Origin: Spirochaetia bacterium
Lineage (GTDB): Bacteria; Spirochaetota; Spirochaetia; SZUA-6; Bin103
Length of the DNA stretch: 64,000 nt
Direction: 5' to 3'
Assembly: GCA_965203905.1 (NCBI GenBank)
Contig: CBDBDQ010000005.1
Coordinates: 7,328,001 to 7,392,000, forward strand
Below, piece by piece: positions 57,743 through 64,000 of this stretch. The position numbers were made by a program, and so were the translations under genes. The notes under the pieces were generated by a model. It was not told the origin of the DNA and did no database searches. It saw only the letters and a list, made by a program, of their open reading frames with translations. The first letter of the stretch is position 1, and every line of letters starts with the position of its first letter.

Positions 57743-59503
57743 CTACAACGCCAACTGCACGGTTACCGCCGCGCCGAACCCGGGCCGCAGATACGGCTCC
57801 CAGTCCTTGCGCGGTCCGTCGGCGAGTTCGAGGATATCGGTCAGGCTCAGCTTTACCGTCGTGGCACCCTGCCGCCAGAGGCCCTCTAGCTCCACCTCCG
57901 GCACCTGCAACCCGAGTTCCGGTACATGATCCATGGTGGCATGCAGGCGCACGCCCAGCCCGCCGTCGGCGGTACGCGCCTCCACCTCCAGCTCCGACTG
58001 CAGCAGCGGCGCGAACTGGCTGACATGTTGCCGCAGCACCTCGCCACTGACGTTGGCACGGATCTGCAGGGTGTCGCCGAATCCCAGCCCCAGGCCCAGA
58101 CCCGGTACGAAGCTCAACTCCACGGGCCGCTGATTCAGGTCGTACAGGTTGCGATGGTTCGGTTCCTCAACCGGCCACAGGGCTGCCGAATGGGTTCCCA
58201 GCCGCGTGGTTGCAACGATGGTCAGCTCGCTCAGTCCGGCCAGCTCGCCCAGTCCGAACTGGGCACGCCCGAATGCGAACCAGCCGTCGTCGTCCACCAC
58301 CCGGTCCGGCTCCACGTAGGAGTAGCGTTCGGTGACCGACCCCACCCCCAACTCGCGCACCTCGAAGCCGCCCGCCAACCGGTACGTGAACCAGGAAGCC
58401 GGAGTCCCGCTGATTACCGCTTGCGGCACGAAGCGGTGGCCGTCGAAGTCCACGCCTTCGTCGGAGCGCCACGACCAGCCGAGAGAGAGCTCCAGACCGG
58501 TCTGGGCGCCCAGGTCGATGCGCCCGGTGACGCCGGCGTTCACCTTGTGCCGGAGGAGCTCCTCGGTGGCACGTCCCAACTCGGCGTAACGCCGCAACAG
58601 GTAGCGCGCGCTGAACTGCAGATCGATGGGAGCGGTGCTCCAATCGAGCACCAGCTCCGGTGCCGCCCACAGCTCCGAGTGCGTCTCCGGATTGCGGCCG
58701 GTCAGCGTAGTGGCATCGGCTTGCAGATCCAATGCCGGGGTGAGTTGAATCAGCTCGCCAAGCTGAATGCGATAGCTGGCGGCCCCCGCCACTGCCTGGG
58801 ACTCCGCCGCGTTGCGCCGCTCCGACTCGTCGATTCCGTTGTCCGCGCCCTTCGGCAGGAAGCCGAAACCATGCTCCGAGTTCACCATGCTCGCCTCGGC
58901 GTCGAACTGGCCGCTGCCCAGCCCCAGGCCCACCGAACCCGCCAGTTCGTGGCGCTGAGTCTTGGCACCCTCTCCCGGACGCCGGTGGTTGCGTATCCCG
59001 TCCCGCAGGCTGTGGGTGAACACCAGCGAGAAGTCGCCGCCGGGGCCGGTACCCAGTACCGACAGCCCGCTGTCCAGCTGCGACAGCGGCAGTCCGGCGG
59101 GAGCGTCCTTGCCGGTGCTGACCGTGGTGCCCACGCTGACGTAGGTCTCCGCCACCAGCGTGTGCGCCGGTCCGTCATCGCCCCCCAGCGCGAACTCCAT
59201 GGCCGGAGCGGCGACCGCGGTGCGCAGGTCGATGTCGAGATCGCCCGCCTCCGGCAGCGGTGGCCAGCTCTCGGGCGCCACCACCTGAATATCCACCGGC
59301 AGGGCAACCTCCAGGCCGCCCGACGCCGGCTCGTCCAGCTCCAGCACCACCGTCGGGAGGACGATGTCGTCGTCCTCGACCGCGCTCACGTCCTGCTGAC
59401 TCGCCACCCGGCTGATGGGGGCGCCAACCAGCATGAGCCACGCCAGGATGCCGCCTACGATCCGGCTGCCGCTCCCGCGGCGTCGTTTCCGCGTCATGCT
59501 CAA
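57743..59503 (-). CDS. Predicted outer-membrane beta-barrel protein
   Basis: Signal peptide, acidic/Pro N-terminus, many amphipathic strands, terminal strand 'FGAAVTVQLAL'. Confidence 0.65.
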   Translation of the reverse strand: MSMTRKRRRGSGSRIVGGILAWLMLVGAPISRVASQQDVSAVEDDDIVLPTVVLELDEPASGGLEVALPVDIQVVAPESWPPLPEAGDLDIDLRTAVAAPAMEFALGGDDGPAHTLVAETYVSVGTTVSTGKDAPAGLPLSQLDSGLSVLGTGPGGDFSLVFTHSLRDGIRNHRRPGEGAKTQRHELAGSVGLGLGSGQFDAEASMVNSEHGFGFLPKGADNGIDESERRNAAESQAVAGAASYRIQLGELIQLTPALDLQADATTLTGRNPETHSELWAAPELVLDWSTAPIDLQFSARYLLRRYAELGRATEELLRHKVNAGVTGRIDLGAQTGLELSLGWSWRSDEGVDFDGHRFVPQAVISGTPASWFTYRLAGGFEVRELGVGSVTERYSYVEPDRVVDDDGWFAFGRAQFGLGELAGLSELTIVATTRLGTHSAALWPVEEPNHRNLYDLNQRPVELSFVPGLGLGLGFGDTLQIRANVSGEVLRQHVSQFAPLLQSELEVEARTADGGLGVRLHATMDHVPELGLQVPEVELEGLWRQGATTVKLSLTDILELADGPRKDWEPYLRPGFGAAVTVQLAL

Positions 59504-62500
59504 CTCGCCTCTCTCAGCAGCGCTGCCGCCTGCTGCGCCCAGTCGCTGCCGGGAAACGAGTCCTCCAGGCGCTGCACCAGACCGGCGGCGTCGTCGCGCC
59601 GCCCGATCAGCAACAGCACCTCCGCCGCGCGCACCATCGACTTGGCCATCAGCTCGCGGTCGTTCTCTGCCAACAACGCGGCTTCCAGGTAATGATCGGT
59701 GGCCGACACCGGATCGCCGGTGCGGCGGTAGTACTCGCCGGCGAGAAACTCGGCCTCGGCGGCAGTCTCGGGGTCGCGGTCGTACTCCGCCACGTCCATC
59801 AACATCGCCAGCGCCAGTGCCTTCGGCTGATCCACGTCGACCACGTAGATGCGCGCCAGCTCCAACATCGCCTCGCGCCCGTCGCGGGTGTCGACCCCAC
59901 CGGCGCCGATGACCGCCATCAGCGACGCTTCTTCCTCTGCCACGCCGGAGGCCACCAGGCGCATCTCCTTCAGCCGCGCCTCACCGAGCTTGCCCACGGG
60001 CTCCTCGCTGTAGCGACCCGCGAGTTCGCTCAGGTGCGCAATAGCGGGCTGATGGCTGCCCTGGGCCGCGTGGCCCTCCGCCGTCTGCAGCAGCGCATTG
60101 GGACGGAAGGTGCTGTCGGGAAACTCGTCGATCAGCAGTTCCCACAGCAGAATGGCGCGCAACGGCTCACCGGCGCGGCTGCTCGCGACCCCGCCCCAGT
60201 ACAGGGCGCCGTCACGGAACCGGCCGTCCGGATACTCGTTGCGGTACGTGGCGAATGCATCCCGCGCCGCGGCGGCGGCGTCCTGCTCCAGCAACAGCTC
60301 GGCACGGCGGAATGCGGCATCCTCCGCCAGCGCGCTGGTGGGATACCTGAACATGACGTCGGCGTAGGCCTGGGTGGAGGCCTTCAGGTGGCCGTCCAGC
60401 GCCAGCACGCCGGCCAGCTCGAAGGTGGCGTCGGCAGCCTCGTCGGCGCGCGGAAAGCGGGCCACCACCGCGCGGTACTGCCGCTCCGCCGCACGCAGGT
60501 CCCCTGCGTTGGCCAGACTGCGCCCGGCAAACAGGCCGGCCCGTGCAGCCCGTGGATGGTCGCCGCCTGCGGCGCGGGAGAAGGCCCCCGCCGCGGTCGT
60601 GTAGTTGCCGGTGCTGAAGGCGGCCTGGCCGGCGAGGAACGCGGCGTGGTACTCCAGTTCGTGGCCGGGGTACTGCGCGTCCAGGTCGGCCAGCAGGGTC
60701 CCGGCCACCGCATAGGCGCCTTGGCGGTAGTGGGCCGCGGCGCGGTAGTACTGTGCGTAGGGCACGATGTCGCCAAGGCCCTGACGCTCCGCCAGGTCGC
60801 GCGTCACCGCCGCCAGGGTGTCCGCCGCCGCCCCATGCTCGCCACGTGCCACGTAGGCCAACCCCTTCAGATACGAGGTCAGCACGAACGCCCGCGGCGC
60901 ACGAAAACGCAGCGCCGGCACGCGCTCGGTAAGCGCCGTTGCCGCCACCAGCAGGTCCTGCCACTGTTCCAGGCGGTACAGCAGACGCAGGTGGTCCACC
61001 CGCGCAGGAATGTCATCGGGAAACCGGTCCACGTAGTTGCGGGCGCTGCGTTCCGCCGCCACAGTGTCGCCGGTGCGCCACAGCAGCACCGTTTCCAGCC
61101 GCCGCAGCTCGCCCAGGCGCGCGCCCGGCTCAGCCTCCGCGGCGATCACGCGCACCTGCCGCAACGCGTCGTCGTAGCGGCCCTGGCGGTACAGGGCGTA
61201 GGCCATCAGGTAGCGGGCGTGCTCCACCTCGTCGGCGCCGATGCTGGGGTCGCCGGAGGCGCTCCTGACAAAGCTCTCGTACTGTTGCGCGGCCCCGGCG
61301 TAATCCTCCTGGCGCAGCATCACGTCACCGAGCCGCAGCACCACGGGCCACGGGTCGCCGGCGCCGCGCCCCTGCTGCGAGGCGAGCACCCGTGCCGCCT
61401 CGTCCAGGCCTTCGGCGTCGGATTCGCTAAGGTAGGTCTCGGCCAGGTACAGCACCGCCGCGTTACCCACCTCGCTGTTGGTCCCCAGGTCGGCGGCCCG
61501 CTTCAGAAAGAAGCGCGCCAACTCGTAACTGCCGCGGCGGTAGTTTTCGATGCCCAGCCGCAGCCAGAAGTTGGCGAGCTGTTGCGGCGAGTCCCGAAAA
61601 CGCAGCTCCGCATCCAGGGTCGCCGAGTCCATCAGGTCGAAGTCACCGCGCCGCTCGGCGCCGATGAAGAGCCTGCGCAAGGCGACGGAAGCGATGCTGT
61701 CATCCACTTCCTCCGCTTCCGCGATGGTGGTGTAGTCGAGTTCCGCCGCGGCGTACTGCTCAAGCTGCCAGTATGCTTCCGCACGATAGGCCAGGTACTC
61801 GGCACGCCAGCGGGGGTCCATCGCTTCCGGCGGATGCCGCTCCATCAGGCGCAGAAGCTGGTGGTAGCGCCCCTGCAGCGCGTATACGTAGCCAAGCAGC
61901 ACCGTGCCATAGGCGCTGGAGTCGAACTCGATCGCCGGCTCCTGGAGCCGTTCCAGGGCGTCGGCCGCGGCGCTGAGGTCGCCGAGCGCGACATCGGCCA
62001 GGGCGAGGTAGAGGAGCGCCCGGGGCACCAGGTCGGGGTCCTCGGACTCGGATACGAACGCCCCCAGGCTGGCCGAGGCGCGATCGAACTGCTCCAGCTC
62101 GTAGAGCGAGACACCGGCCCAGAAGTTTACGAACGGCAGATACCTGGTGCCGCGATGGCGGAGCTGGACCTCCTCGAAGGTGGCTACCGCGTCGTGGTGC
62201 CGGCCGAGCTGGGCCTGGGCCACCCCGACACGGTAGGTGGCGTCGGCGCTCAACTCCGAGAGCGGGTAGCGCTCGAGAAAGTCCTGGTACGCCTCCAGGG
62301 CAAACGCGTAGTTGCCGCCGCGGAAGCGCTGCTCGGCTTCGTTGAACAGGTCAAGCTCGGCGCTGGCCGCACCCGCCTGCAGAGCGACGGCGGCGAAGAT
62401 ACCGGACAGCCAGAAAACAACCGGACGGCGGACACCGCGCCGGCTGCCCTGGTGCTCGGCGGAACATGCGGCTGTTGGCTGCACCATAGTAGTCGCTGCG

Positions 62501-62544
62501 CCGACGCGGTGCGGGGGCGCAGACTGGGACCTCCCGGTCATCAC
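59500..62544 (-). CDS. Large exported TPR protein (BamD/CpoB-like repeats)
   Basis: Signal peptide; many 'A..AY..F...YP.S..A.DA.Y..G' repeats; start uncertain. Confidence 0.88.
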   Translation of the reverse strand: MMTGRSQSAPPHRVGAATTMVQPTAACSAEHQGSRRGVRRPVVFWLSGIFAAVALQAGAASAELDLFNEAEQRFRGGNYAFALEAYQDFLERYPLSELSADATYRVGVAQAQLGRHHDAVATFEEVQLRHRGTRYLPFVNFWAGVSLYELEQFDRASASLGAFVSESEDPDLVPRALLYLALADVALGDLSAAADALERLQEPAIEFDSSAYGTVLLGYVYALQGRYHQLLRLMERHPPEAMDPRWRAEYLAYRAEAYWQLEQYAAAELDYTTIAEAEEVDDSIASVALRRLFIGAERRGDFDLMDSATLDAELRFRDSPQQLANFWLRLGIENYRRGSYELARFFLKRAADLGTNSEVGNAAVLYLAETYLSESDAEGLDEAARVLASQQGRGAGDPWPVVLRLGDVMLRQEDYAGAAQQYESFVRSASGDPSIGADEVEHARYLMAYALYRQGRYDDALRQVRVIAAEAEPGARLGELRRLETVLLWRTGDTVAAERSARNYVDRFPDDIPARVDHLRLLYRLEQWQDLLVAATALTERVPALRFRAPRAFVLTSYLKGLAYVARGEHGAAADTLAAVTRDLAERQGLGDIVPYAQYYRAAAHYRQGAYAVAGTLLADLDAQYPGHELEYHAAFLAGQAAFSTGNYTTAAGAFSRAAGGDHPRAARAGLFAGRSLANAGDLRAAERQYRAVVARFPRADEAADATFELAGVLALDGHLKASTQAYADVMFRYPTSALAEDAAFRRAELLLEQDAAAAARDAFATYRNEYPDGRFRDGALYWGGVASSRAGEPLRAILLWELLIDEFPDSTFRPNALLQTAEGHAAQGSHQPAIAHLSELAGRYSEEPVGKLGEARLKEMRLVASGVAEEEASLMAVIGAGGVDTRDGREAMLELARIYVVDVDQPKALALAMLMDVAEYDRDPETAAEAEFLAGEYYRRTGDPVSATDHYLEAALLAENDRELMAKSMVRAAEVLLLIGRRDDAAGLVQRLEDSFPGSDWAQQAAALLREAS

Positions 62545-62742
62545 TCCCTGTACGGACAGGGTGTGGTCGTCGATCCTAGTAACGGCAGCTGAACGGCGTT
62601 GCTGTAGGGTGGCCGGAGCGGCGGGTTGGCGCGGAGCAGTCTCGGCGCCAAAGGGGTGCCGGGCAAGACCGGTTCACGGCCCGAGCGGCAGCCGGGAATG
62701 GCGGTGCCCGTCCCCGGTAGGTGGCGCCACCGAGCGCCGGTC

Positions 62743-64000
62743 TCAGCGCGACGAACTGGCCCGGAATTCTACGGTCAGCGGGACCTCGGCGAATCCGAGT
62801 TCGCTGCGGATGCGGTTCTCCAGAAAGCGCCGGTAACTGGCGCCGGCACCGCGTATCTGATTGACGAAGCACACGAAACGGACCGGATTGCTGCCGGTCT
62901 GCGTCGCGTAGCGTACCCGGATCTCGCGGCCACGTGCGGTCGGTACGTACTCCCTGGCCCAGCGCGCCAGCGCCTGGTTGAGCTTCGCCGTGGGTACCGT
63001 GCGGCAGAGCTGGCGATGCAGCGCCACCACCTTGCCGAGCAGCGCCTCCACTCCGTACCCGGTGCGACCCGACAGCGGCAGCACCGGCGCAAAACGCATC
63101 ACCGGAAACTGAAACCGGATCCGGTCCACCATGGCCGTCAGCAGGTTCGGCTGGTCGGCCAGCAAGTCCCACTTGCTGAGCGCCACCAGCACCGCCACAC
63201 CGCGGCGGATGGCAATGGCGGCGATGCGTTTGTCCTGCTCGGAGAGGCCGACGCCCGCATCCACCAGCAGCAGGGCGACGTCCACCTCCCCCAGCATCGC
63301 GGCGGTGCGGTTAACGGCGAAGTACTCGACGTCACTCTCCACCTTGGAACGGCGGCGCATCCCCGCCGTGTCGATGATCTCGATGTCGGTGCCGCCATGG
63401 GTGATGCGGCCGGCGAGCGGGTCGCGGGTGGTCCCGGGTGCGGCGTCGACCAGCGCTCGTTCCTCGCCGAGGAGCCGATTGAGCAGGGTGGACTTCCCCG
63501 TGTTGGGCTTGCCCGCGATCGCCAGGCGGACTGCCGGGGTGGGCGCGGGCGCCGCCACCGCCCCGGACTCCGCCGGCGCGCGCCGCAAGCGCTCCGCCAA
63601 TGCGGCCAGAAGCTCGGTGACGTTGCGCCCATGTGCGGCCGACACGCCGACGACCGGCTCGTAGCCCAGGCGGTAGAAGTCCCACACCGCTGCTTCCCGC
63701 CCGGCGTGGTCGACCTTGTTGACCACCAGCAGCACGCGCTCGCTCAGCGCCCGCAACCGCTCGGCGAGCTGCTCATCCTCGGGCGTCAGACCGGCGACAT
63801 CCACCACCAGGAGCACCGCCGCCGCCGCGGTCGTAGCTCCCAGCGCACGCTCGCCAACCATGCGCCCGAGGTCGTCCGACACGGCGCCGATGCCGCCGGT
63901 GTCGACCAGCCGCACCGCGACTCCGGCGAGCGTGGCGCGCTCCTCCACCGGGTCGCGGGTCACCCCGGGGGTAGCGGCGGTGATGGCGCGGCGGCGGCCG
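62743..64000 (-). CDS. der: Ribosome biogenesis GTPase Der (EngA), 5'-truncated by window edge
   Basis: 'PGVTRD', 'DTGG', 'NKVD', second G-domain 'GKPNTGKST', 'DTAG', KH-like 'Y.RFLEN.IR'. Confidence 0.96.
   Translation of the reverse strand, partial: GRRRAITAATPGVTRDPVEERATLAGVAVRLVDTGGIGAVSDDLGRMVGERALGATTAAAAVLLVVDVAGLTPEDEQLAERLRALSERVLLVVNKVDHAGREAAVWDFYRLGYEPVVGVSAAHGRNVTELLAALAERLRRAPAESGAVAAPAPTPAVRLAIAGKPNTGKSTLLNRLLGEERALVDAAPGTTRDPLAGRITHGGTDIEIIDTAGMRRRSKVESDVEYFAVNRTAAMLGEVDVALLLVDAGVGLSEQDKRIAAIAIRRGVAVLVALSKWDLLADQPNLLTAMVDRIRFQFPVMRFAPVLPLSGRTGYGVEALLGKVVALHRQLCRTVPTAKLNQALARWAREYVPTARGREIRVRYATQTGSNPVRFVCFVNQIRGAGASYRRFLENRIRSELGFAEVPLTVEFRASSSR

Overview
High-GC bacterial chromosomal window, probably a Spirochaetota member. 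This is inferred from a SpiroCoCo-type coiled-coil protein, spirochete-style 'FAxGxxE' solute-binding-protein leaders and an ETESP TatD. I found no rRNA, tRNA, CRISPR array or transposase. 1-7.9 kb: ABC transporters, a GPP34-family gene and a PhyH dioxygenase. 8-24.5 kb is an accessory region. It holds two direct copies of a ~1.9 kb promoter + AAA-ATPase/PD-(D/E)XK nuclease unit, flanking a hicA pseudogene and a small-protein/aspartyl-protease pair. It also has an RTX protein, sugar ABC permeases and a decaying defence-type island (BrnT remnant/BrnA, a third degraded AAA-nuclease fragment, receiver pseudogene, ParA plus partner, DUF499 fragment, DUF5131, frameshifted TcmP). 24.5-36 kb: metabolic genes, a nucleotidyltransferase pair and a type I secretion operon (RTX-ABC-HlyD-RsbW-like). 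36-64 kb is mostly housekeeping: gnd-SDR-HAD-LarA cluster, M23 peptidase, tatD, purD, grpE-dnaK-dnaJ-kinase-MTase-rlmB, and der-TPR-beta-barrel-exbB-exbD-tonB-HAD-SpiroCoCo. Most striking: (i) both intact AAA-nuclease genes carry an in-frame ~18-nt perfect hairpin insertion (APRAGAL) that is absent from the third copy; (ii) the duplicated unit is mosaic, self-promoted and bounded by short inverted repeats; (iii) a Ton-type envelope operon whose ExbB has an elastin-like tail; (iv) a possible LarA-epimerase sugar-acid shunt into Gnd. All family assignments come from motif recognition, not database searches.
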